A DNA stretch of 64,000 bases from Hypanus sabinus (taxonomy: Eukaryota). The notes under the pieces were generated by a model. The model was given only the letters and a program-made list of their open reading frames with translations. It was not told where the DNA came from and ran no database searches. The DNA lies in NCBI RefSeq assembly GCF_030144855.1, contig NC_082729.1, positions 16,554,001-16,618,000 on the forward strand. Reading direction: 5' to 3'. Shown one piece after another: positions 47,960-59,661 of the stretch. Numbering within the stretch: position 1 is the stretch's first letter; every line of letters begins with the position of its first letter. Both the position numbers and the translations under genes were made by a program.

Positions 47960-48940
47960 CCATCAGACAGAGGAGCAGAATTAGGTCATACAGCCCATTG
48001 ATTCTATCATCCCATCATGGCTGATTTAATATCCATCTCAAATGCATTCTCCTGCCGAAGAAGCCCTGACTAATCAAGAACCTATCAGCCTCCGCTTTAA
48101 ATATACTAAAAGATTTGGCCTCCACAGCTATCCATGGCAATGATTTCCACAGAAACATTACTCTTTGGCTAAAGAAATTCCTCATCTCTGTTCTAAATGG
48201 GCATTCCTTTATTTTGAGGATGTGCCCTCTGGTCCTAGACTCACCCACTACTGGAAACATCCACTCCACATCCACTATCTAGGCCTTTCAATGATATCCT
48301 TCTCATTCTTCTAAACTCCAGTGAGTACAGGCCCAGAACCATCAAACAGTCCTTAACACTTTCTTTCTGGAATCATTGTTGTGAATCTTCTCTGCACCAT
48401 CTCCAATGCCAGCACATATTTTCTTAGATAAGAGGCCCAGAATTGCTCACAATACTCTCAAGTGCAATTTGAGCAATGCCTCAAAGACTCAGCATCACAT
48501 GCTTGCTCTTATATTCTAGACCTCTTGAAGTGAATGCCAATATTACATATGCACTCCTTAGCACTGACTCAACTGGCAAATTAACCTTCCAGGAGTCTTG
48601 CACAAGGACTCCCAAGTCCCTCTGCAGTTCTGATTTTTGAATTTTCTCCCCATTTAGAATATTATCTACACCTTTGTTGCTTCTACCAAAGTGCATGATC
48701 ACACACTTCCCTACATTATATTGCATCTGCCACTTCTTTGCCCATTCCAATCTGCCCTTCCTTCTGCACACTCCCTGTTTCCTCATTTCTATCTGCCACC
48801 CCCTCACCTTTGTATTGTTTGCAAACTTGACCACAAAGACATCAATTCCAACGTGTAAATTTTTGACATATAATGTGAAAAGAAGTGGTCCCAATACTGA
48901 CCCCTGTGGAACACCGCTAGTCACCGGCAGCCAATCAGAA
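47960..48940 (-). mobile_element. CR1 LINE 3' part
   Basis: TSGVPQGSVLGPLLFTLY and RNFFSQRV. Confidence 0.88.
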
Positions 48941-49204
48941 AATTCCAGTTTTGGTGGTCTAATGGAGAGTGAGATTACAATGAGACGTAGACTAATTAGG
49001 AGTTAACTGAGCCAAGTACAAAGTGATGAATTTTGATAATTTATTTCAGAACAGGTCTTACATAGTAAACGGCAGGTCTCAGTGAGAGTTATAAAACAGA
49101 GACAAAGTGTTGACACAGGTAGACAGAGTCGTGAAGAAGGCATTTGGTATGTTTGTCTTCATGAGAGTATTGAGTACAGTACCCTGGATGTCAGGTTATA
49201 GCAT

Positions 49205-49480
49205 ATAGCAGTTAGCACGTGGTTGTTACATTTCCGGACATTCCGGAGTTTGGAGTTCCGGTTCAGTGCCATCTGTAAGGAGAGTACATTCTTCCCGTGA
49301 ACACTCAGGTTTCCTCAGAGTGCTCCAGTTTTCTCCCACACTGAAGACATATCGGTTAGGTTAATTGGTCATTGCACATTGTCCTGTGATTAGGCCAGTG
49401 TTAGATAGGTGTGTTTCTGGGTAGTGTGGCTCATTGGTCTAGAACAGCCAATTCTGAATGGCATCGCTAAATAAATAAAC
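49205..49480 (+). mobile_element. tRNA-derived V-SINE (HE1-like)
   Basis: Decayed A/B boxes, V-domain GGTTTCCTC.GAGTGCTCC.GTTTTCTCCCACA...GGTTAATTGGTCATTG, and (TAAA)n tail. Confidence 0.75.
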
Positions 49481-49679
49481 TGAACAAGATGTTGGTGATC
49501 ACGAGGAAATCTGCAGAATATACAAAATTATACGGGCTATTGATAGGGTGCGTGAGTGCAGGCATTGTATTGTATTGTGACAAATGTGTTTGAACTTACA
49601 ACTATTGCAGGACATGGAGACAGGCTGTCTGGGACTGAGAATTTAGTACTCCAGCATATTCAATGTTCCACAACCCTGC

Positions 49680-49895
49680 CCAGTTGCAAAAGGAGGGTTG
49701 GACATGGGGCTAGTAACCTCATTCTCTAAAAACACAGAGCTACAGAGGCTCCAAGGATCTCAACTCTAGAGTGTATGGAACCACCAGGAATATGGGCTAC
49801 ACCTGGGGACAGTTTGGAAAACTGGCCTAGGACAGAGGACTCCGATGAGCTACTATCATTGGCCTCTGCCTCAATAGGGGTGATGGGACTAAAGA
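49680..49895 (+). mobile_element. RTE-derived non-autonomous element
   Basis: GGAGGGTTGG.CATGGGGCTAG.AACC 5' motif joined to a LAxDR-type RTE 3' end. Confidence 0.5.
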
Positions 49896-52425
49896 CAAAA
49901 CCTCACCAGGTCCCAATGACTTGCACTTGAGGGTTTTACATGAAGTGCCTGGAGAGAAAGTGGAGACACAAGTTGAAATCTGCCAAAATTCACTGTGTTT
50001 CAGGAAGGTTGCAGTGGAGCTGAAAACCACTTACTTTTTCCGACTTTTAATGGTGGTTGACAGTCCAAAATAAAGACACATTACCACCATCAACTGGATG
50101 GGTGTGGTGTGGAGAACTGGGAAATAAAATCTCTACTGGTTCTTGATCAAGTGAAAAGTAAATTACCCGAAAAAGCTGTAGACATTATAAATAATGATAG
50201 ACAATACGGTGAATGAAATTAAAGTCACTTCCAAAGCTTAGTAAAGATTTTAAATGAAAACTATCAATCCCCAAAGATTGTAATGAAGCCTGCATTTGAT
50301 TTCTTTCAACCTCATATGCTTCACACTACAACAGAATGTGTTCAACCTAAAATAGAATGTGTTCAACTGTTTCATAATGATGACAAAGCCTACACAACTC
50401 AGAGTGATGTTTTCCAACAAGTTACAAGGAATAATTAAGCATAGTATGTCCAATTTTAAGTTGTCATAATAACCCCTTCCCTTCTTGTTTTACCCCCTTC
50501 TCCCATAAACCCAACAGTTTTATGTGTTTTGTAAAGGTATCTCTTCTTATGCCCATTATTCCACAGGTCTTGCCATAACCCCCCAATTTTTAACCCTACC
50601 AATTCCTTAGCTCCTGATTTCCTAAGTGCTAGGTCTAAATCCACAGTTGAACTTCTAACAGCATTTTTAGCTAAATAATCATCAGCTAATTCATTCCCCT
50701 CAACACCTTTATGTGCAGGGACTTATCAGAAGAGATAGGTAAACCAATACTTTGAAGAGATTCCAGCAGTAAATTTGATCTACTGCTAGAATGATGTGTT
50801 TTAAGACAAATAAAACCCAAAATAAAAATCTGAACAAGTTACAACTTTACATGGACAAATTTCCTCCGCCTAATATGAAAGCCTAATATGATGGTAACCA
50901 ATTCTGGCGTATATACTGATAGTAAGACATTCTTTATTGTTACCTGTAATTCAAGCGCAAAAAAACAGCCACACCACTATTCCCAGTTGAATTCTCTTTT
51001 GATCCATCTGTAAAAATGGCTAACGTATCATAATAATTTTCCTGAATATATTGATGAACCAACAGACTATCAAGCATAACAGAATCCTTAGACTTTATTA
51101 AATTGTGTAACCTAAAATCAACTGAAGTCATTGGAAAAAGCAAGGTGGGGTTACCAAGGAAGCCACAGTCAGACATATTGTGTAATCCAACAAAACCATA
51201 TTCCTAGCATGATAAGAACCCAGCCACCCAAAACTCTCTTCTTATTCCCAACAGTCCTTCAATACACCTTTAACAGGGTGATTGTTCCTCTGCCCCTCAA
51301 ATTGATCCAGTATGTTAACATCAACTTCAGCCTCTGGAATTGTAAGAGCAATTGTCCCATTTCAGCCAGTAAAACTGAAACAGGAGACAGTCTTACTGCA
51401 CAACACTATCTTAAAACCTGTGCTTTTATCACTTTAAATTTGAAGGTGAAGCTGAACCATAAGCCATACAGCCATAATCAAGTACAGATCTAATTAAACA
51501 GACATAAATGGTCAGAGATTTTCATGCATAATACCCACCCAATATAGACACCCAAGGATATTTAAAACCCCTTTACCTTTATCAATTATTTTACTGATAT
51601 GGTGTTTCCATGTCAGCTTATTCTCCAGCCAAATAAAGAGAAATCTTAGCACTGACACTTCAAGAGTTTGACCACATCATTTCATATCAAGTGCAGGTCT
51701 ATTGATCCTCTTTGTAATACCTTGTGTTTTAGCTACTGTAAGCTTAAAACCCCATCTATTTGCCCATTTTCAACCTTATTAATCACTAATTACATCGTAT
51801 ATACAAATTGAAATTTCTACTTCTCATCCATAAAGCTCCATTATCTGCAAAAAGTGATTTACCCACCCCAGTACCTATCTCAGAGAAAACATCATTAATC
51901 ATAATATTAACAAAGGGCTACAAAATCTGCCCTGTGGGATCCCATTGTCTATCTCATAGAAACATTACCTACAGTATATTGACTATCCAAATGAAAAATT
52001 TAGAAAAAAATCAAAGTCTTTCTCTCACACCCAATTTCCATAACTTTATCAAAAGACCTTCCCTCAATAATGTATCAGATGCTTCTTCAATGTCAAAAGA
52101 TATTGCTATTACAACTTATTTATTTACCGGTGCTTTTCTCATATCATCTTCTAAACATAAAACTGAATCCAGTATCATTCTACCTTTCTGAAATCCGCAC
52201 TGATAAAATGCTATATCACCTTTCTTTTCCAAAATCTAATTTGACAGCTCTGTTACCATACGTTTGCACAAATGGGATGTTAGTGATATTGGTCTATAAC
52301 TGGAAGGATCTGATGGGGGTCTGCCAGGAACAGGTACCACTACTGACATTTTCCATGAGGGAAGACAGTTGAAATTCCAAACACAATTCAAAAAGTTTAT
52401 TTTCTCAAGAGAGTTGCCGGTCATA

Positions 52426-53211
52426 CAGTGGCATGCAAAAGTTTGGGCATCCCGGTCAAAATTTCTGTTACTGTGCGTAGTTAAGTGAGTAGAAGATGAA
52501 CTGCTCTCCAAAAGTCATAAAGTCATACAGGGGTGGACCGATCATGCTTTGGGCTTGTGTTGCAGCCAGTGGCACGGGGAACATTTCACTGGTGGAGGGA
52601 AGAATGAATTCAATACCAGCAAATTCTGAAAGCAAACATCACACCATCTGTAAAAAAGCTGAAGATGAAAAGAGCATGGCTTCTGCAACAGGATAATGAT
52701 CCTAAACACACCTCAAAATCCAAAATGGACTACCTCAAGAGGCACAAGCTGAAGGTTTTGCCATGGCTCTCACAGTCTCCTGACCTAAACATCATCGAAA
52801 ATCTGTGGACGGACCTCAAAAGAGCAGTGCATGCAAGATGGCCCCATAATCTCACAGAACTAGAAGCCTTTTGCAAGGAAGAATGAGCAAACCCCCCCCC
52901 CCCCCAAACAAGAACTGAAAAGACTCTTAGCTGGCTACAGAAAGCGTTTACAAGCTGTGATACTTGCCAAACAGGGTATTACTAAGTACTAACCATGGAG
53001 GGTGCCCAAACTTTTGCTTCAGACCCTTTTCCTTTTTTGTTATTTGGAACTGTAAAAGACGGAAACCAAAAAAGTAATCTTGCTTAAAATGTTAAAGAAA
53101 TGTGTCATCTTTAACTTTACGCCTTTTGGAAATCAGGTCATCTGTTACTCACTTAGCTATTCACAGGAACAGAAATTTTGACCAAGGTGCCCAAACTTTT
53201 GCATGCCACTG
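52426..53211 (+). mobile_element. Internally deleted Tc1 transposon
   Basis: TA TSD, long TIRs CAGTGGCATGCAAAAGTTTGGGCA, transposase motifs QQDNDPKH and SPDLNIIENLW. Confidence 0.95.
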
Positions 53212-54115
53212 TATGTTTAAACATCCTCTCCTGAAGACATCTGATCTGTACTATTAAGAGTCTTCTTAAATTCACAGAAAGAGAACACTACGTCATGAAG
53301 ACTATCATTGCTACAGCTGGCTTCATCAGGGTATTCACTCAGAACCTTAACCCTACATTGTTCAGCCTCTTCACTTAAATTACGTTGATTATGACCAAGC
53401 CAGTGACGCAAGCTCCTCATTTCAGTAACAATCGTCTTGCCTTCTGGAATACTGGAACCCTATTATTACCCCTATGAATTTCTCCCCTCCCCCATTTCCT
53501 TAATCATTCCCCAAATATCTCCAAGTGTAATATCCCTTCCAATACTATCACAATATGACCTTTAATAAACCTTTTTTGCAATCTTCACCACTTTCCTCAC
53601 CATGGTCTGTGCCCTTTTATATTTATTAAGGTCACTCAGTCAGAGAGTGATATTTCTTAACTTTCCTGAATGCCTTGTATCTCTCCCCAATTGCCTCTGC
53701 ATACTGCTCAGTGCACCATGGTACAGACTTTCTCCTATTAATGCCCTTTTTAATAGGAGTCACTTCCACTGTAGTTTGATGAATAATGTAATATAATCTT
53801 TCATTACAAAAATCCACATCATCCTCAACATTCACAACATAAACTTCTACCAATTTGCTTTACCAAATTTTAACCTGTTAAAAGAGGCCTCCTGTCCCCT
53901 ATAAATCCAAACCCAAGCTTATAAATATAGGGAAATGATCACTCCCCAATATTTCATCTCCCATAACATCCCACTAAAGATAAATCTATAGCAGTTTCAG
54001 AACTATTATTAAACCTTGTCCTTCTCATTAAGACACACAAGATGGGAAATATCTAAAAACTCTTCTACAATCAAATCATTACCATCGTTCTGCAAACAAT
54101 CACACAGTGAACTGT

Positions 54116-54265
54116 AACACGAGTGAATCTGCAGATGCTGGAAATAAATAAAAACACAAAATGCTGGCAGAACTCAGATGAAGAGTTTTGGCCCGAAATA
54201 TCGTCACTACTTCCTCCCATAGATGCTGTCTGGCCTGCTGAGTTCTGCCAGCATTTTGTGTTTTT
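54116..54265. mobile_element. Inverted Penelope terminal-repeat insertion
   Basis: 14-bp TSD ACACAGTGAACTGT; perfect 28-bp inverted arms at 54150-54177 and 54238-54265. Confidence 0.8.
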
Positions 54266-55539
54266 ACACAGTGAACTGTGTGTGTTAAAATTCCCACACC
54301 ATACAACCCTTAGTGAGCTAAAGCTACATATATTTTCCAACAAATCAATCGAGAGCTTACCACAAGGGTTATAAAAATTTACTACTTTAATACCCCTACC
54401 TGCTGAATCAAATATTTTTATACACTTCATTCACATCCACAACTTTATTTCCTATCCTTTTCCTTACAACACTTGCAACCCCACCCCATCTACCAACTAT
54501 CCTATCATGCTTAATTACAATATAACTTGCAAAGAAAAACTTACTGTATCTAAGTTTCCCATGACATACTGCCACAACATGCCCAGATCTCTGATATGTG
54601 TAACATCAAAGCGGGGGTGGAACATAAGCTCAAACATTATAATGCACCCCAAACTAACTGTATCAGGGAGTTTCACTTCATTAAACATGTCAACATAGAT
54701 AAATTATCCACCCTTTCCACACATCTGGCTACTTGAAATCTTGTTACTTCCTTAACCTTGACTCCCAATAAATAAGACTTAACCTCTTCTATCAAAATCG
54801 CCTTTGGAACACCCATTATAACACCCCTAATACCTCTACTTTCATTAGGCAACACAGATACTATCTTTCTGCCAAGTAAAGTATTCACACTTAATGTCTT
54901 TGCAGATTGTTTCTTATCCTTACAAAAGATTAACACATTTCCTCCTCTTAAAGTATGAGCACAATCTATATTCCCTATAGCAGATTTCAATTCTGTAGAT
55001 ATTTACTGGGATTGATAGAAGAAGGCTGTTCCGAGTCAAATTTTAAAATATTTTTAAGTCTTTCCCTTTTTTTTGTTCAAAATATCCCACGCTTCCTCTC
55101 ATAACTTCAAATCATTCCAATAATATGTTTTCCCCCCCGTTTTCCGGATTCAACTTCAATCCAACCTGCCCTCACCCGACCCCTCCATATACGGTTCCTT
55201 TACCAGATCCCCCTCCTACCTGAACCAACACTATTTCCCAACATCCCACACCATTCACAGTTAGCACCAGTAAACCATCTTGCGGTGCCAGAACAGCCCC
55301 CAGGCCAAGCCAACATCGACACGCCTGAAGAAGTTTCCGCTGCTGTTCCCTTTAAATATTTCACCTTTCACCTTTAACCCATGACCTCTAGTTGTAGTCT
55401 CACCCAACCTCAGTGTAAAAAGCCTGCTCTCATTTACCCTACCTCATAATTTTATACCCTCACAAATCTCCCTTCAATCGTGTACGTTCCATTGAATAAA
55501 GTCCTGAACTATTCAATCTTTCCTTATCACTTGGGTTTA

Positions 55540-55747
55540 ATGCGCAGGCGTACGGGTCAACGCGTTTCAATAACGCGCATGCGCTCAAAGTGTCGGGAGG
55601 ATCGGCGTCAGGTAGGAACTGCACTCCGGGCGGGGGTTTGATCAGCATCGGTGTCCGCACCGTGATCCCGGACACTCCGTGACCCCGCACCCCGGGACAG
55701 TCCTCTCAGTCTCTCAGTCCCACCATCCATACCCAGGCCTCGGGAAA
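55540..55747 (+). promoter_or_regulatory. Promoter and exon 1 of zinc-finger gene D
   Basis: NRF1-type site at 55574-55584, donor CAG|GTAGGA at 55612, colinear with 10650-10885; acceptor TTTTGCAG ending 61870. Confidence 0.7.
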
Positions 55748-56829
55748 GTACTTTTGCTGACTTTTAAATGGCGCTTGGCAGTCCAATTTGAAGGTGCATT
55801 ACCGCCACCAACTGGACTGGAGTGTGATGTGGAGTTGGGAAATAAAACCCCTCCTAGTTCTTTAAACAATTACCCCCAAATCCCTATGAATTTTAAATAA
55901 TATAAGACAGTATTGTGAATTATATTAAAGTCACTTCCATAACTAAGTAGTTTTAAAATCCCAGAAGCTAGTAGTGCAGCCAGCATTTGCTTTCTTACAA
56001 CCTTGTATGCTTCACATTGTAAAAGAATGTGTTAAACTGTTTCATAATAATGACAACACCTACACACCTCAGAGTGATGTTTTCCAACAAGATATAAGGA
56101 ATAATTAAGCATAGTATAACCATTCTCAGCTGAGTCAATATAATTCCTTCCCTTCTTGTCTTACCCCCTTCTGCCATCAATCAAATGTATTCTGTAAAGG
56201 TGCCCCCTCTTATGCTCGTTATCCCACAAGACTTGCCATAATCTCCCAGTTCTTAGCCCCACCAATCTCTTAGCTTCTGATTTGCTAAGTGGAAGGCCTA
56301 TATCCACAGATGAACTTTTAACAGCTTTTTTTGGCCAAACGATCAACCCGCTCATTCCCCTCACCACCTCTATGTGCAGGGACCCATAAGAGGAGAACAC
56401 GTAGACCAATACTTTGAATATGAAATGAAGTTTGAAGAGCTTCCAACACTAATTCAGTCCTACTGCTAGAATGACCTGTTTTAAGACTAGTCAAAACCGA
56501 AAAAGAATCTGAACAAATCATAACTTTGCAAGGACAGATTTCCAACACCCACTGTAAGACCAAAATGACAGCAACCAGTTCTGCAGTATACACTGATAAA
56601 ATAGTTAGTTAGACATTTCTTTGTTACCTGAAATTCAGGCAGAGAATAGCCACACTGATATCTCTTGTTAAATTATCTTTTGATTCATCAGTAAGAATGG
56701 TTACCATATCACAATAATTTCCTTAACATACTGATGAACCAACAGACTCTTGGGCACATCATGTTCCTTGGATTTCATTAAATCATGCAACAGAAAATCA
56801 ACCAAATCCATGTTGGGGTTATCGAACAT

Positions 56830-56980
56830 GCTACAGTTTAAGCCGGCGAGCACTGTGAGGGTCACGTTTTTTGACTTCTCCAGTGCGTACAACACCATCC
56901 ACCCTGCTCTGCTGAGTGAGAAGCTGACAGTGACGCAGGTGGATGCTTCCCTGGTGTCATGGATTATTGATTACCTGACA
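56830..56980 (+). mobile_element. Internal Rex1-type RT fragment
   Basis: TVRVTFFDFSSAYNTIHPALLSEKL...WIIDYLT. Confidence 0.7.
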
Positions 56981-58499
56981 TAAATTACATATTATGTATA
57001 TGTAATTTGCATATTACATAATCCAGCAAACCCATATTCTTAGTGTGATGAGAACCTAGCCACCCAACACTAAAAACACTCTTCTTACGATGTTCCCAGT
57101 GGTCTTCCAACACACTTATAACAGGGTGAGCATTCCTCTGCCCCCTCAAATTTACCCAGCACGTTAACAACAACTTCATCCTCCGCAACTGTGAGGGTAG
57201 TCGTCCCATTTCATCAGTAAAGTTGAACCAGGAGATGACCTTACTGCACCACAACACAGTCTCAAAGCCTGTGTGTGTCACACCCAAACATTTTAAATTT
57301 GAAGCTGCACAGCCATAATCAAGTGCAGATCTGAATAAATTAATATATAAAGTAAACAGAGATTTTTATGTAGCACCCCAAGAATACTCACATAGACACC
57401 TAACGTGCTGCTTTACATTTGTCAATTATCTTACTGATATGGTGCTTCCGTGTCATCATCATCCAGTCACATGCCAAGAAATCTTACCACGGACACTTCT
57501 TCAAGAGTTTGACCATACAATTTCAGATTGTGTGCGAGTCTATTGATCCTGTTTGCAAAACATATAACTTGTGTTTTAGCTACTGAAAGCTAAAACCCCA
57601 TCTATTTGCTCACTCTTTGACCTTGTTTATTGCTAATTGCATCCTATACACAGCTAAATTGAATTCTTTTTCCTCTGATGCATAAAACTCCATCACCTGC
57701 AAAGAGTGATTTACCCACCCCAGTGCCTAGGAGAAAATATCATTAATCATAATATTAAACAATAAAGGGCTGCAAATACTGCCTTGTGATATCCCGTTCT
57801 CTATCTCAAGAAGACCGAATATACCTTTCCTACCCCTACCTGCATAGACCTTCCAAATAAGAAAATCAGAAAAAAAATGATCTCACCTTCCTCCCACTCC
57901 TAATTTCCATAATGTAATCAAAAGACTCTCCCTCTATAGCATATCTTGTGCCTTTTCTATATCAAAAAATACTGCTATTACAACTTCTTTATTTACCTGT
58001 GCTTTATTAATATCATCTTCCAAACATAAAACTGAATCTAATGTCATTCTACCCTTTCTGAAACCTATTCTAATAAAACACTATATCACCTCTTTTTCTC
58101 AAAATATAATTCAACTGCTCTATTACCATACGTTCCATAAGTTTACACAGATGGGACATTAATGATATTGGTCTATAACTTAAAGGCTCTGATGGGGTGG
58201 GGGTGCGGGTTTTCCAGGTTTTAGAATAAGCACTAATACTGCCGGTTTCCATGAGGAGGGAAGATGGCCTAAATTAAAATATGATTCCAGAATTTTAATA
58301 TTATCTTAAGAGAGTTGTCAGCCACATGTTTAAACATACAATAACATATATCCTGCTTTCCTGGAGCCGTCTGACACAAATTCACACAAAGAAATCTCTA
58401 TATCACTAATACTATCAATGCTAAAGCTGTCTTCCAACACATCAGGGTATTCACTTAGAAAGTTATCCCTACATGCTTTAGCCTCTTTGCTTAAATTAT

Positions 58500-58670
58500 C
58501 TTAGAAACATAGAAAATCTACAGCACAATACAGGACCTTCAGCCCACAAAGCTGTGCCGAGCAAGTCCTTATCTGAGAAATTACCCAGGGTTACCCATAG
58601 CCCTCTATTTTTCTGAGCTCTATTTACCTGTCTCTGAGTCCCTATCGTATCTGCCTCCACCACCGTCACC
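58500..58670 (-). mobile_element. CR1 3' tail
   Basis: Reverse complement matches 40080-40260. Confidence 0.8.
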
Positions 58671-59451
58671 AGATTATGAATTGCAGTGAATGACCAAGCC
58701 AGTAATTTAACCTTCTCTGTTTCAGTAACAATCGTATTACCTCCTTTCATCAATACTGGTATGTTATTAGCCCTATGAATCCCCCCCAGATTTTTTAATC
58801 ATTTCCCAAACATCTCCCAAGTTTAATACCCTACCAATACTATCACAATATGACCTCCAGTAAATCTTTTTCACAACCTTCACTACTTTCCTCACCACAG
58901 ACTGGGAATCGCTTCCACTGCAGTTTAATGAATAACGTGACATAACCTTTCATTGCAGAAATCCACATTACCCTCAATATTCAGCCCTGATAGACGTTCA
59001 TCACGTTCAACCTCTCCCAATTTGCTTTACCAAAATTCCATCTCCTAAAAGTGGCCTCCTGTCCCCTCTAGAAATCCACACCCAAGCTTCTAAATAGAGG
59101 ATCTTCCCACTGTTTCATCTCCCATGACATCCCACTCACGCAGTCCAGCCAGAATGTTCAAAACTAAAATTAAATCTATAGCAGTTTTAAAACTATTGTG
59201 TACATTAAATCTCATGCCCCTCCCATCATTAAGACACACAAGATGTAAAATATCTAAAAACATTTCTACAATCAAATCATTACCATAATTCTGCGAACAA
59301 TCCCAGAGTGAACTATGTGCATTAAAATCACCACACCATACAAGCCTAAGTGAGCAAGAGCTACGTATGCTTTCCAGCAAATCAATCGAGAGCTTTCCAC
59401 AAGGGTTAGAAAAATTTACCACTTTAATACCCCTATCCGTTGTATCAAATA

Positions 59452-59661
59452 CAGGTGTCTCCCCCTTTACAAAGGTAGAGCATTCCTATGATACCTTTCT
59501 TAAGCTAAAATGGCATAAAGCGAAGAACCATTAACTTATATGAGAAAATTTTTCGTAAAAGTAAAAATCCCCTTTGTAATGCGAAAATGGGTTACTAATG
59601 TAGGTCTTTTGTAAAAAGTGAAGTGGTGTAAAATGAACATTCGTAAAGCGGGGGATACCTT
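59452..59661. mobile_element. Tc1/mariner-pogo (Tigger-like) MITE
   Basis: TA TSD and imperfect TIRs CAGGTGTCTCCCCCTTTAC / GTAAAGCGGGGGATACCTT; non-coding. Confidence 0.75.

Larger units (their letters stand above)
50032..55330 (-). mobile_element. Near full-length decayed Nimb/I-group LINE, copy 1
   Basis: Gag-like ORF1 (54673-54990), endonuclease (NFYNP..WCGNFNTH), RT (SYRPISLTSHLCK), RNase H (IFTDGSK); 3' UTR homologous to copy 2. Confidence 0.85.

Noticed and set aside
49205-49280. tRNA gene
   Set aside because: No cloverleaf; it continues into a V-domain and tail, so it is a SINE head.
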